Below, piece after piece: positions 49,940-64,000 of a DNA stretch of 64,000 nt (positions are counted from its first letter, which is position 1; every line of letters starts with the position of its first letter). The notes beneath the pieces were generated by a model. The model searched no databases and was not told where the DNA came from. It saw only the letters and a program-made list of their open reading frames with translations. A program made the translations under genes and the position numbers. Source of the stretch: Octopus vulgaris (lineage: Eukaryota); NCBI GenBank assembly GCA_951406725.2, contig OX597815.1:193130001-193194000 (forward strand), written 5' to 3'.

Positions 49940-51286
49940 TGGAGGTAGTGTTGCTACTTGACAACCACAACTCCCATATCTCGTTAGCTATCATTGATTT
50001 CTGCCGAAACAATGGTATTGTTCTGCTATCAATCCCCCCACGCTGCTCACATAAACTATAGCCACGCCATCGGAGTGTCTATGGTCCTCTTAAGAAGTAC
50101 GGGAATAGGGCGTGTGATGGATGGATGAAATCGCACCCAGGTAAAACGGTGACCATTTACGACATCCCTGCGATCCAGAAAGGATTTCAAGACAGTGGCA
50201 TCTGGCCCTGTAACAGGGATGTCTTTGGTAATGATGAATTCCTTCCAAGTTGCGTCACATACCGTCCTGCTCCAAAAGAAGACCAGTCTGAGGTGCAACC
50301 AGACGACCAGGCTGACGTACAGCCAGATAACCAGCCTAACTTGCAGCCAGACGACCAGTCAGATGTTCAACCAGGGGACCAGGTCAATGAACTGCAAAAC
50401 GGTCCGACAGACCAACATACACCAGGCTCAAATTTTCCTGCTGGTGTCGTTACAAGCCCAGAGATGTTGCACCCATTAAGGAAGGCTTCCCCCAGGAAGA
50501 CAGGTTGAGGTCGTAAGTCGCAAGAGGTGCCAAGAAGCCATCTAACCCTAACCCCCGTAAAACAGCGCATAGTAGATGAAATAAAAGAACGGAAATCCAA
50601 ACCAAAAGAAGGCAACTGATGCAGAAAAGGCAACAAAGGGGAAGGGAATTTCAACTAAAACAGGTAAAGGCAAAGGGAAGCAGCCACGCAGCAAGCAAGT
50701 CGCTGATTGAAAATGCCTTGTCTGCTCAGATTGGTATTCCAGATCCCTTCCAGGTGAAAAATGGGTGCAATGCATGATCTGTAAAGACTGGGCACTCACT
50801 GACTCTACCGATGGACGACAGGATTTTCTGTGTGATCTGTGTGGTGAGAAGTTAATGGAGGACGATTCCGATTAGATGGCACATGTAACAAAGGGGAAAT
50901 TGGCTGATGAGGACTCTCGGTATCACAGTTAGGATATGAAGTAGTTCAAAGCACAGTTAATTAATTAAAATAATACTTCCTAGAAGCAAGAAGCAGGAAA
51001 CATATTCATTTTAAACTTGTTTGTTAACATAATTCCGAGTTATCGATAGTTGTAACAAAGTGTCACACCGTATCACGTACACGGGGAACATTGTTACAGT
51101 TGACACCACCTCATTAATTAGAACCTGTATAATTAATGTTATGTAATTTCTATTTTTCGCTAGTGATAACAATAAATAGAGATATATTACTAATTAAACC
51201 TGAAACGAAACTTCAGCTGTGTGCATTTATGTGGTGCCAAGGCTAAAAAATGAAAAAATGTAGCAACTAGACCCGGTCTCCCCTAC
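49940..51286 (+). mobile_element. Decayed pogo/Tigger-like DDE transposon (3' half) with PHD-like C-terminus
   Basis: [55 protein letters not shown], CLVC...WVQCMICKDWA; TIR-like end CCGGTCTCCCCTA. Confidence 0.75.
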
Positions 51287-51328
51287 ATACATACATACAT
51301 ACATACATACATACATACATACAGACAT

Positions 51329-51363
<35 letters not shown>

Positions 51364-51459
51364 TATATACATGCATGCATACACACACACACACATACAT
51401 ACATACATACATACATACATACATACATACATACATACATACATACATACATACATACA

Positions 51460-51900
51460 TTATGGCTGCCCCCTCGTTATCGAGTATGGCCATTGCACGA
51501 AGCTTAACTGTTACTGGTGCCGTGATCGAATGTGACATTTTAGCCCAGCTCTAGATCTACAATGTCTTGTACAAAATTGGCAACTAAAACCTTTACTGGT
51601 AATAGCCGGCTGTAGTTGTAACTGGGCTTCATGTACCTTTGCATGTCGCATAAGTCCTCCTGCCGAATTACACTCTCTTCCACATGCCCGACAGATATGA
51701 TTAGTATGGTGTGTTACACCACCATCAGTGGCCAGGTTGTCACTCATCTGTCTCGTTTTATGACTACGAAGATGACTCATGAGTCCAGCTTTACTGAGAC
51801 AGGGTCTTGCACAGACATTGCATGTCAGAATCAAAGGAAGACCCTTCCCTTCTGGAAGTGTAACAGCGATGCCCTTCCTGACGTCCCTCCTTACTTTCTC
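51460..51900 (-). mobile_element. RTE-like LINE 3' end encoding three C2H2 zinc fingers
   Basis: CNVC..HLRSH, CRAC..HAKVH and CQFC..HIRSRH, then a short 3'UTR (GCCATACTCGATAACGAGGGGGCAGCC) and an (ATGT)n tail. Confidence 0.65.
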
Positions 51901-52969
51901 ATGGTTTTGTAAGTAAATGCTTAACTGTCTGGATAAGCTGCAACTTTCAGAAAAAGAAATCAACCGACTGATTCACACATTACAAATACAATCTCTAAGA
52001 GAAACACTAAAACCACGTAAGACTTATATCGGGTTTAAAATGTGACATTGTTTTAGTTATCTACATTCCAAAGGTGGGCTTTGTATCTTTTTCAGAGGTA
52101 GAATAATTTGAATGCATAAAAACAGAGAATACATACAAACATACTTGCTTGTGCCTCCTAAAATACATGAACACCGATTTCCAAAAGTTCTTTTCAAGGG
52201 AACATTTAGGGGCTTCACGAACGCATACATTTTGTTTGGTTATTAAATACTTGCTATCATTATTTGATTCTATGTAATCGCGGTTAACACCATACGAAGC
52301 TTACGTAAATATATCGCCGTTGAAGAGATCTTAATAAATAGATTATCCTTTTTTAGGCGTTCACTACCTCAAACTTCATACGATATAGCTTTTAAATCTT
52401 TCAACACTGTACGATGTGGTTTCATGCAAATTTGCCGGGAATTTGTTCATAGGTTGGGCAACTACGCGGCGTTAGTGTTCGTACTAAAAATAAACTGCAT
52501 CGAACTTTATGCTCAATTTAGGTCATGTTAGATATAACGCGCTTCTTCCTTCCATACCTGATAACTCCGTCATAAAACAGATTATAGTTCAATAAATTCA
52601 TATCGGCCTAAAATGAATGTAATTTCCAAAAATATCCTAGCTGAACCTTGAAAATACCTAACAAAAATTAAAGATTGTAACAGTTGATTATACAGCTGTT
52701 GTTTACGTGTAAGCTATTCAAGAACTGCTGTACGTCTCACGGAAAGTATTTCATAAAGAAAACTGTTACACTTCATAAAGCAACCTGTTCACTTTAGTGA
52801 CGTATCCTGTCACACTGGTTACGTGATTACTGCTAACACTGCCCTCATTTCACACTAATAAGAATAATACTACTACTGAGAGAAAGGCGAGTAGGATCCC
52901 GTCTAATTTGGGATTTTACTAATTCACTGTTTTATCGGGAGTTGCACGAAACAGCGGAGGTTCACAAGC

Positions 52970-52979
52970 ATGGAAGACA
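52970..52979 (+). CDS. Dispanin gene copy C, 10-nt start exon (ATG GAA GAC A|gtaagt)
   Basis: Same ATG-10nt-GTAAGT phase-1 arrangement as 13074, in paralogous context. Confidence 0.7.
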
Positions 52980-53378
52980 GTAAGTAATATTAATGGATTT
53001 TCGTGAGTATATAATAATACATTTTCCTGAGGATATCCTTATGAATTTTCGTAAGTTCTCGCTACATATCCGCTTCTATAACTCTTTTGTAAACACATCC
53101 GACGATTCGCTCGATAAGGTGTTAACAAAATTCCAATTTACCGTTCTATCAGTTCACGGGTGTTAATTAAAGACTAGTATATACGCAGGACTAACTGAAC
53201 CCAACTCAAAAAAATATTCTTGAGTTCTGATCAAAATATATACTTTTTTTTTAAATGCGTAGATATGCGTACATATGTATGAATTCAAATATTTCTCCTA
53301 CTATGCATGTGCGTGTGCGCGTGAGGGTGTGTTGATATGCTAGACAGAGAAAAGGAAAACGTTAGACGTAAAAAACAA

Positions 53379-53447
<69 letters not shown>

Positions 53448-53544
53448 TATATATACTTTATAATAGACAGTGTCATTGATAATCTTTCAGTAATATGCAC
53501 ACACCATTAATACATAATGAAATAATTTTTGAACAAAACAAATA

Positions 53545-53639
<95 letters not shown>

Positions 53640-53660
53640 ATATCTATCTATCCATCCATG

Positions 53661-53806
<146 letters not shown>

Positions 53807-53947
53807 GGCACGCACACATGGACATATGTATGCATGTGTGTGTATGTATGTATGTATATTTTTTATTTTATTTTAATTTTTTATTTTATCTAGTTTCAGC
53901 TCACGAGCTGTGGCCATATATATATATATAAATATATATATATATAC

Positions 53948-54115
<168 letters not shown>

Positions 54116-54540
54116 AGGGGGGAAGTCTGTGTGTATGTGTATATACAAATCCATAAACAAAAATGACCGCAAAACAATTAGACATACTTCTGTATCTAAG
54201 TATAAATAACATATAAGATATATAACTAATTGACCTCTCACCATAATGACTTCATACCTTAGAACCAATATAATAGTTTAGGAAGAAAATGTTAACACAT
54301 ATGAATATGTAACACACTTACTCGCATTAACAAAAGGATGTGAAGATGTGGGTTCGACTCCCACGCGGATAGGGAATCCTTCTTTTTTCTGTCGAGGGCT
54401 TATATGCCCCTTTATTAGACTATTTTCCTTAGTCATTGCACGGTGATCGCCATAAGCTATAAGCTTGTATAAAAAATACTATTATTATTTTTTACAGGTT
54501 TGTAAAAACGGCACCGTATAAAAGACCCTTCGCACCGAAA

Positions 54541-54582
<42 letters not shown>

Positions 54583-54728
54583 TCTTTCGTCACAACTTTC
54601 TCTCACTCTTTCTTCTGTTGGCCAGCTTGCTTAGCCAGCGGGGTGGCGTCATTTGAAAGGCTAAAACCAATGCGAAGTGCATTGTGACCAGCGATGTGTA
54701 GCAACATCTGATAGCCTGGTCGGTCATA

Positions 54729-54783
<55 letters not shown>

Positions 54784-54824
54784 TTTTATATATATGTATA
54801 AAATTAACAAAATGAGATAACCCT

Positions 54825-54856
<32 letters not shown>

Positions 54857-55343
54857 GTATATAAACACACACAACAAAAAGAATTGGGAACCTCAGGTAT
54901 CTCACAAGTATCCAGCATCATGATCAGCTGTATCATTTGTAAAATAGCTGCTTTTTAGAAAAATTTCCAATGAGAAATGTAAAGTTGGACAATTTACTTC
55001 CGACATTATAAATGTTTTTAAATTATAAAAACTGTTTTGTCCTCATCCTAAAACAGTAAATAAAATAGTGAAAAAATAAAATGATAGTAGCTGGATTAAC
55101 TCCAGCTTTGTGATTTCTGAAAGGGAGATTGCTGTTAGTTGTATCATACTCCTAATGAGTTCTTCGTAACCTGGCAGCAGAAATTCTGTTTTTATTCTAT
55201 GTTCTTCAGCAATTAAAGAACCGCAGGAGTGAAACCATAAAATTATCTAAATATCCTGCTCTTTCGTTAATGTAATAGTGATAATATGAATTGATTTTGT
55301 TTTATTATAAGCAATTTTCACAAGAATATTAAAGTCACCAATC

Positions 55344-55577
55344 CGTTTCTTTACTACCCACAAGGGGCTAAACACAGAGAGGACAAACAAGGACAGACAA
55401 AGGGATTAAGTCGATTACATCGACCCCAGTGCGTAACTGGTACTTATTTAATCGACCCCGAAAGGATGAAAGGCAAAGTCGACCTCGGCGGAATTTGAAC
55501 TCAGAACGTAGCGGCAGACGAAATACAGCTACGCGTTTCGCCCGGCGTGCTATCGGTTCTGCCAGCTCGCTGCCCTT
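55344..55577 (-). mobile_element. Family 1 SINE with 16-bp TSD ATTAAAGTCACCAATC, about 100 nt upstream of the copy C exon 2 acceptor
   Basis: Direct repeat at 55328-55343 and 55578-55593; empty site in copy B at about 31945. Confidence 0.9.
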
Positions 55578-55681
55578 ATTAAAGTCACCAATCAGCATAT
55601 AACAATTGTTGATTAATTATATTTATGAGGAATGTACACTTTGAAATATCGCTTTTGGAATCTAATTTCTTTTTTTTACAG

Positions 55682-56037
55682 ATAACAAAACAACTGAGGA
55701 ACCGGAAAATGATCCACCAGAATACTCTGAAAAACCTGGAAACACACCTGCTTTTGCGAATCCTTTGGCTTCTGAACATCCCGGAGAATCTGGATATCCA
55801 CCGCCACCAGCATATGAACCACCACCCGGATATGAACCACAACCCGGATATCCACCACAATTCGGATTTCCACCACCACACGGATATCCACCACAACCCG
55901 GATATCCACCACAATTTGGATATCCACCACAACCTGGATATCAACCACAACTCGGATATGCACCACAACCCGGATACCCGTCACAACCACCAATTGTGCA
56001 ACAAGCACTGAATCAACAACACCAAAACCCTGTTATT
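55682..56037 (+). CDS. Dispanin gene copy C, Pro-rich exon (in frame; ...PPEY...PPAY...(PGYPPQ)n...NPVI)
   Basis: AG at 55680-55681 and GTAAGC at 56038; 356 nt = 2 + 118 codons, open throughout. The CD225 exons of C were not found in the window. Confidence 0.85.
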
Positions 56038-56350
56038 GTAAGCAAATGTTATTTCTTTTCATTTTACCTCCTTACTGTTCTGCAACCATTTATCCTAAAC
56101 AGAGATCTTATGTTTAGCAAGTTTTAGTCATCAAAATGTGACTGTACTTAGAAATCATCTGTAAGAGTTTTTAGTCAGTCATATCATTATATGGAGCAGA
56201 ATAAATATTCTAGTTTGGCACCTATTTTACCAAACATCTTTATAGAATGGTCGACGGTTTGTCCAGAACTACAATGGCAACAGTAACGATCGAAGTAACT
56301 GACATAGAAAATATGTACACACGATATACGTAGGTGCAGGCATGTATACT

Positions 56351-56384
<34 letters not shown>

Positions 56385-57750
56385 TGTGTGTGTGCGTGCG
56401 TTTGTGTGTGTGTGTGTGAATGCAAGACGGGATTCTTCAAATTCTCCATCAGTCTACCTTCCTGTTGTCCAAGGTATCATGCAGCAGGAACAAACCTGGA
56501 GACCTATGGTTCTGCAGAGAATTTCTTTGCTATAAATTGATGTGTGCACCTGTAAGAGTAATAGACTTAAATTTAGTGAATTTACTTCTCCAATGAATTT
56601 AATATAATTAAGGCTTAAGCACGTAATGAAGGTTGGTGAACTCAGGAAGAATGTTTGACAGATATGGCCAAAACAGTAGACAGGAAAACCAGGTTTTTAT
56701 ACGCATCTTCACTTCCTAAAATCTGAGTCCTGTTGCTACTTCATCAGTTGGAAGTTTCAAATTTTGATGTAAACGAAATTTGCTACAGGATGAAATGTTC
56801 CCCACTTCTTTTATAGAGGCTCCATGAGCTGAAGTAAATATCTTACATCATGTTATGCTCCTAATTTGAATAATTATCGATTAACTTTGTCATCATTCAA
56901 AGGCTGAAAGTTTCTGTCACATAATCGATTTGATTCAATTTTATACGTCTTTGCACAGTTGGACCAATGAAAGAAATCTTTATTTATACTTAAATGGAGA
57001 GCAAGGTTATTCAGTACATTAGCTACATAAATTATATCATAGCAGATTGTGGGGTTCAGAAAAATTTCAAATTCAAAAAGTTTCTCATTTTAATTTTAAT
57101 GTATACATTTCTTCATCTCCAAAACATCATTTCATTATATTAAACATTTGAATTCAATTAGTTAAACATGTTTGAATGTTACATTGACGATTGTTTTGTC
57201 ATACTAGAGATTACAATAATGCCTTCAATTTTATTCTTCACAGACATTTTAAGAGGGTAACACTCAGACACATACAATGACTGATGAAACGATATTAAAG
57301 CTTCATTGGGAACTTGAGACCATGTCTGTTTCAGGGTAACTCTAGTGAAGGATGTTTTAATACAAAATACACAGGATCAGCCGGGATCCCCTTATGGATA
57401 TCCAAACAGTTTCTATCTATCAAATTTTAAACACATGCATTTGTTGATTCAAAGGTATGATTAATAGCATCTGATCAAAATACTGTGCAGTACGAGAAGC
57501 AAACTACTGAGTCATATAGCTATGTCTATGCTTTATTATCATACATTGAGCAAGCTATCAGTTAATACTACACAGATGATACAGCAACGTTCGTGTCCCC
57601 GTCGGATAACTATAGCTCGTTTTCACCGAAAGGCAGAGAACTAATATTCTGTTTTTCACAATTGAACTCTTGTTTAATTTCAAGCTCTTGCTTTTGTTTA
57701 ACTTCAAGCCAATTCTTACTGACCAATTTTGCTTTCTTTATATTATTATT

Positions 57751-58691
57751 CAGTAGTATTAGTTTTATAGCGTGCTTTCACTTCACTACCGAGCACAGCT
57801 CTGTGTGCCTTGGGTATGTGCTGTGATTTGTTGTGATGCTCTGATGGTTATTGTATGGAAAGTGTTCTGCGTAGGATGTGTGCAGTGCCTAGTAGTGCAA
57901 TTTTCTGTATGTTATATGTGTTTGTAAGTCCTGGTGTTTTTGTTATGTATTTGTCTGAATATTTTTTTATCATGCCTAATGCACCTACTATGATAGGAAT
58001 TGTTTCTGTTTTTAGATTCCATATGCTGGTTACCTCTATTTCCAGGTCTTTGTATTTTGAAAGTTTCTCCATTTCTTTTAGAGAAACGTTGTCATCTGCT
58101 GGTATTGATACATCAATTAGAAAGCATTTTTTGTCTTCATGATCTCTGACAACTATATCTGGTCTGTTGGCCTTAATTTCTCTATCTGTGTGTATCGGCA
58201 TATCCCAGAGTATGGTTGCTTTCTCGTTTTCTGTGACCTTTTCTGGTGTGTGTCTATACCATATTTTTTCTGTTGTTATTCCACAATGTTGGCATAGCTT
58301 CCAGTGTATGTAGGTTCCAACTCTGTCATGTCTGTGAATATAGTCCTTCTTAACCAGGACTGGGCAGCCAGAGATAATATGATTTATTGTTTTTTGTCCA
58401 TCTCCACATATTCTGCAGTTACTTGTTATATTTCTTTTCATTACATGTTTTTGGTAATTTCTGGTGGGGAGGCTTTGGTCCTCTGCTGCAATTAAAAATC
58501 CCTCTGTCTCTGCTTTGAGTCCTGAGCTTCTCAACCATTGCTGGGATTTTTCTTTGTCTATTTCTTTTGCATTTAGTTTAGTCCAGTATTTACCATGAAG
58601 GGGCTTTTCTTGCCATCGTTTTATCATGGTTCGTTGGTGTTCTATTTTTAGTTTGGATTTCATTTATTTTATAGCTTTTGTTGTTTCTTCC

Positions 58692-58722
<31 letters not shown>

Positions 58723-61700
58723 CTTCTTCTTCTTCTTCTTCTTCTTCTTCTTCTTCTTCTTCTTCTTCTTCTTCTTCTTCTTCTTCTTCTTCTTCTTCTT
58801 CTTCTTCATCATATTTATTAGGTGGTATGATTTCTTGTTTGTATTTGTCAGCTTCCTTAAATACTGAGAACAGTTTTTTTGTTTTGCTCGTGTTTTACCG
58901 CTATTTGTATCAGTTTTCCTTCCTTACTGAAGTAGGATATTTTTGCAGTCCTATGGTGGTTATTTTATAGTAGTTTTACCAGCTGTATAAGGTCTCTACC
59001 ACCTTCTATACGTTGTATATATAGTCTTTCTATGTCAGATTTTGGGTGATGTATCCTAGATCGTGTCATTATTTTTCTTGTTTTCCTATCAATTTTGATC
59101 AGTTCATTTAGAGTCCAGTTAAGGATATTGTAGCTGTAACTTATAACTGGGACAGCTAAAGTGTTAATACCTATTATCTTGTTTTTAGCATTGAGCTCTG
59201 TTTTTAGTATTGATCTAACTCGTCTATAATATTCTTTTTTTATTTTCTCTTTCATTTGTGTGTGTTGTGTCATATCTAGTTCATGGATTCCTAAGTATTT
59301 GTAAGTTTGGTTTTGGTCTAATTCTTTTATTTCATTGGTTTTATCTAGTGTGATGTTGCTACTCTTAACTAGTTTTCCTCTTTTCATGGTTACTTTGGTG
59401 CATTTTTCTAATCCAAATTTCATATCTATTTCTTTGGTAAATCCATGAACTGTCTTTAATAGTGTTTCCAGCTGTTTGTCATTTGCAGCGTATAGTTTTA
59501 GGTCATCCATATATAAAAGGTGGCTGATCGTTTTGTCGTAACATTTATATCCGCATCCAGTTCTATTTAGCATATCAGATAGAGGCGACAGTGCCAAGCA
59601 GAAAAGGAGTGGAGAGAGTGTGCCTCCCTGGAATATTCCTCTTCTAATGGGGATGGCTTTGGTTTTTATGAGTCCCTCTTTTGTTTGGAGCTGTAGCACT
59701 GTTTGCCATTTATTCATAGAGTGCCCTATGACTTTTATAATTGTTGGTGCTACTTTGTTAATGGCTAGTGTTTCGAGGATCCATGTGTGGGGGATGCTAG
59801 CAAACGCCTTTTTGTAGTCGATCCAGGCCATACTGAGGCCTTTCTTCTTTCTGTGGCTGTCTTCAGTTATGGCTTTATTAATCCTTAGTTGATCTTTACA
59901 GCCATATGAGCCTTTGCGGCATCCTTTCTGCTCTTCTGGAAACAGGTTGTTTTCGTCCAGGTGCTTGTTCAACCTTTGCGATATCACTGCAGTAAATGCC
60001 TTGTACATTGTAGGGAGACAGGTTATTTGTCTGTAGTTTTCTGGTTTTGCTGTCTCATTTGATTTGGGAATTAAGATGGTTTTCCCCTTCGTGAGCCATT
60101 CAGGCATTGTCTCTGGCTCTGCTAGTATGTTGTTAAAATTTTCAGCCAGCTTTTTGTGCATTCCTGTTAGATATTTCAACCAGAAGTTGGGGATCTTGTC
60201 ATGCCCAGGTGCCTTCCAGTTGCTTAGTCTTTGCAGTGCCTGGGTGACCTCTTCAGTTGTTATGGGGGTCCAAAGTTGCTCAGATGCTGAGTTTGTTGTT
60301 TTAATACTCCTTTTTTTGGTTGTTCGTTCGCCGACCATATTTCTCTCCAGAATTCTTCCACTTCTTCTGCCGTTGGTGCTGCAGTGATTTCTATTTTATT
60401 TTTGCCAAGTTCTTGGTAGAACTTTTGAGGGTTGGAGTTGAACTTTTTGTTTTGTTCAAAGAAGCGCTGGCGTTTCTCGTATCGGCGGATCCTTTGTGCT
60501 TTGGCAAGGATATCTTGTTTCAGCTTTTCTTTTATCGCAGGTAAATCTTTTTCTGTGATGTTATATTTGCGGAGTATTTTTGTTTTCTTTTTGTTGCTCA
60601 GTAGCGTTGATTGTCTACTGATTTCATTAAGAATCGACAGATTTTTTCTTATTTTTTGTATTTTGTTTTGGATGTTATTTACCCACAGGGTTTGTTTGGG
60701 TGGTGGTACACCTGTTTGGATGGGTTTGAGTGAGTATCCAGCTTCTTTTGTGGCTGCAGTGGCTGCTGCGTATACTAAGTCATTTAGCTTAGTGATATCG
60801 CTCTTTGTTTCAGTGGCTATTAGTTCCGCGACGGCTAGGTTTATGCTGTTTATAATTGGTGTTGTTGTTTCGTCTATTTTGATTTTTGGGAGGTATGGTC
60901 GGTGGTCCATTTTGAGCTCTGTGGTTTTCAGTTCTTTGATTATTTTACTTTTTATATTATCATAATCATTAGGCTCCCCTTCGTTGTTTCCAGGTTTTAG
61001 ATTTGTGTCGCTTTCTTTCTTATTTATATGTTTGTTTGCCGTGTTTTGGCTTGCTGTTTGTCGTGTATTATTATGCATCCTTATGGTCTGGGTTTGTTGT
61101 TTTTTGTTTACATCGTGTTTGTTGGGAATGTTACGTTTGTCTTCGTGTTTTACTGTTTCAGTGTTTATATTATTGGGCATTGTTGCGTGGCTTCTATCCA
61201 CATTTTCCTGGTGTATTTTTTCTTTTAGATGTTCTATTTCTATTTCTGATATTTGTTTTTGCGTTGAGAATGTATCTTCGTACGTTAGCTAGTTTATTAG
61301 GGTTCATTGCTGTATCCAAGTCTATATTTATGTTATTTTCCTTCCATATTTTATATGTATGTGTTGTCGTGTTTTCATTTTTTGGGTAGAGCACTGCTGT
61401 GAAGTATGCGTGTAGGATAGAAATGTATTCCTCACGTGTCCATTTATGCCTTTTGGGTTTTATTTGCGGGACATGAGGATCAACGTCCGGCCCATTATTT
61501 TGACGGTCGTCATTTTCGTAGGGTACCGGTCCGTTCATTTCTGTTGTCACATTGTTTTGCACGTGTAGTTTTTCGTACATTTTGTGTTGTAAGTTTAAAA
61601 TACGTACCTCCCGATTGTTATTCTTGGGTTGAATAATATCGGTGGTATTTAATTTCTTCGTAGTTCCTTTGTACATGGTGTTTGGGGTCGGAGATGATCT

Positions 61701-61952
61701 GATGTTGATGGATCGTAATGTTCCACGCATGTTTACATGTGTTGTGTTAGAGGTGGAGATGATATCGAGTCAAAATACATCATTTCGTTTCGAAAATAGT
61801 AATAAATTTCAATGAGTATTACTTACTCGGATACAGTCCAATCCTTTGTTAGTAAATCTTTGGCTCCATACGATGTCCTTGTTTTCGATGTTTATGGATA
61901 GATTTCGGAGCTCTGCTGTATCGTTCTTACATCTTAAACGTCCCCCGGTGTC
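57751..61952 (-). mobile_element. Near full-length R4/Dong-clade non-LTR retrotransposon (RT + CCHC + restriction-like endonuclease), frameshifted
   Basis: Track ORFs 61194-61730, 60260-61201, 58965-60338 (WIDYKKAF, RGIFQG, LYMDDLK) and 57848-58663 (CRIC..HIISGC, RHD, RPDIVV, IDVS, EK..KY). Flanked by (TAA)n; internal (GAA)n expansion at about 58694-58806. Confidence 0.9.
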
Positions 61953-61954
61953 TT

Positions 61955-62368
<414 letters not shown>

Positions 62369-62438
62369 CATTATTATTATTATTATCATTATTATTATTA
62401 TTGTTATTATTATTATTATCATTATTATTATTATTATT

Positions 62439-62484
<46 letters not shown>

Positions 62485-62738
62485 GTAGTAGTAGTAGTAT
62501 CATATTTGCTGCGGAACACATAGGACGCATTTCGAACGTTACAGGTAGAGTTCAAAATATATATTTGCACCAGGAATGGTGTCCTTTGTCAATAATCCTT
62601 TTATTCCAAGTTGTGAATAGAAACACTAGGAACCTATTACTGTTCTTTTTATGGTTGTGTTGGCGCCAGAGAGCCGATTTTCGGTCCACCAGATAATTTC
62701 GTTGGGCGTTAAATTTTATTGAATCAAATACAACTAAA

Positions 62739-64000
62739 CAAGATGGCGGAGCGCGTCTTGAATGAGTTGACAGAAAAAAAAACACTCCTACCAATATGGT
62801 AATGAAGGAAGACTTCCCTCCCGTTCCCTCCGCCAAGGACAACAATACAGGGAAAGGGGAGGAGGAGAAAAACAAGGCAGTCATGGTACAAACTTCAACA
62901 GTAACAACAATAGTAGCAGAAACACTAACAGCGGTAGAAATGACAGCAGCAGCCGCCGCAACAGAGATAGCAGCAGCCGCAGCAGTAGTGGTAGTGATGC
63001 AAGCAATAACCCCGAAAAATGCAACGGTAGTGCAGTATCGATAGCACCAAGAACAACAAAGAGAGCAAAAGTGACAACAGCAACAACAACAAGAACAATA
63101 CCAATAACATCGATAAGAACATATCAATACCAATAACATCGATAACATCGATAAGAACAACGGCAGCAACAGCAACAGCACCTGCAGCAACAACAGTAAC
63201 AAGAACAAAAACAACAACGAGAGCAATATCAATAGCAACAACAAAAATACGTTCGCAGCAGCAGCAGCAGCAGCAGCAAAGGCCATACACCACTTTACCG
63301 TAGTCTTCACAAACAGGAAGCAGATGCTGCGACAAGCATGAAAACTAATAAAACAAGAGAAGACTTGGGCCAATCTGACAATCCCATATGTGGCAATTGA
63401 AGTAGTGGAGAGAAGAACAGTACTTTTCAGATACATTTCAGCAGACACGAAAAGAGTGGCTTTGATTGCCCAAGTAGATTTTGTGGCGGCGCTGAAGTGC
63501 ATCAGAAATGACATCGAATACATAGCGAGGGGCAAACAAAACGGCACCATTTCGATGCTGTTTAAGTCGGAAGATCTCGCTATGAAACATTCAATGACCC
63601 CCCTGCAAAACCAAGAAAGTCATCACGTACCGCTACCACAAATATTTTCCAGGCAAACATTTTCCCCAAAACATCAGCACAACCAGCATCATCACTATCA
63701 CCAGAATCCCCCAAATGCAAACAACCTAAGCAAAGACAGACACAAACATTTAGAATTGCAGAGTTCACACTCACAGCACTCGCAGAAACAACAGAAAGAA
63801 CAAGCCCATCACCACTACAGTCAAACAAACAGTTAAACAAAACCAACACAAAACACTCAAACTTCGTACTCATCAGAAAGGACAACGAGGAACTGATGGC
63901 ACCCGTAACACAAAACACAGAAGCTGAAACAGGGGTGGGGGGTGGGGGGGTGATATTCGAATCGAACACATTTCGCGTACCAGAAGATTTACTTCTGGTG
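62739..64000 (+). mobile_element. Degenerate 5' part (ORF1-like) of a probable L1/Tx1-type element
   Basis: YY1-like CAAGATGGCG at 62739, low-complexity CAA-rich leader, then VVERRTVLFRY...IEYIARGKQNGTISMLFKSEDLAMKHSMTPL; no RT within the window. Confidence 0.4.

Noticed and set aside
51511-51963. Three-finger C2H2 ORF as a host zinc-finger gene
   Set aside because: It lacks TGEKP linkers and is followed directly by a short LINE-type 3'UTR and a simple-repeat tail; it is better explained as an RTE 3' end.
62552-63550. 332-aa hydrophobic minus-strand ORF
   Set aside because: It is the antisense reading of CAA/GCA low-complexity sequence in a decayed element; there is no recognisable domain.

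Overview
AT-rich, microsatellite-laden eukaryotic DNA. The SINE and LINE content points to an octopod cephalopod (inference). The backbone is a head-to-tail tandem array of at least three intron-containing CD225/dispanin (IFITM/PRRT-like) genes on the + strand. Copy A shows its last two exons (3707-4641). Copy B shows all four coding exons (13074-42586), with a 1-nt frameshift in a CCA/CAA run and a partial duplicate exon. Copy C shows its first two exons (52970-56037). Each gene has a 10-nt ATG exon, a PGYPPQ-repeat Pro-rich exon and two CD225 exons, and the CD225 exon differs between A and B mostly by non-synonymous changes. Introns and spacers hold the following. (1) A 536-bp tandem repeat with one type I hammerhead ribozyme per unit (retrozyme/Penelope-like). 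(2) A ~12-kb Penelope-like structure with a GIY-YIG fragment, ~2.7-kb inverted microsatellite-like arms and terminal hammerheads. (3) A near-intact CR1/L2-group LINE nested in one of those arms, with a Myb-like plus CCCH ORF1 and an apparent 5'UTR intron. (4) R4/Dong, RTE, L1/Tx1-like, mariner, pogo-like, Helentron-like and MITE elements or relics. (5) Three SINE families, a SINE-derived satellite and a local TSD-flanked inverted transduction. Almost all ORFs in the supplied track are microsatellite or SINE artefacts. All calls were made by eye without database searches, and element boundaries are approximate unless a TSD or TIR is given.
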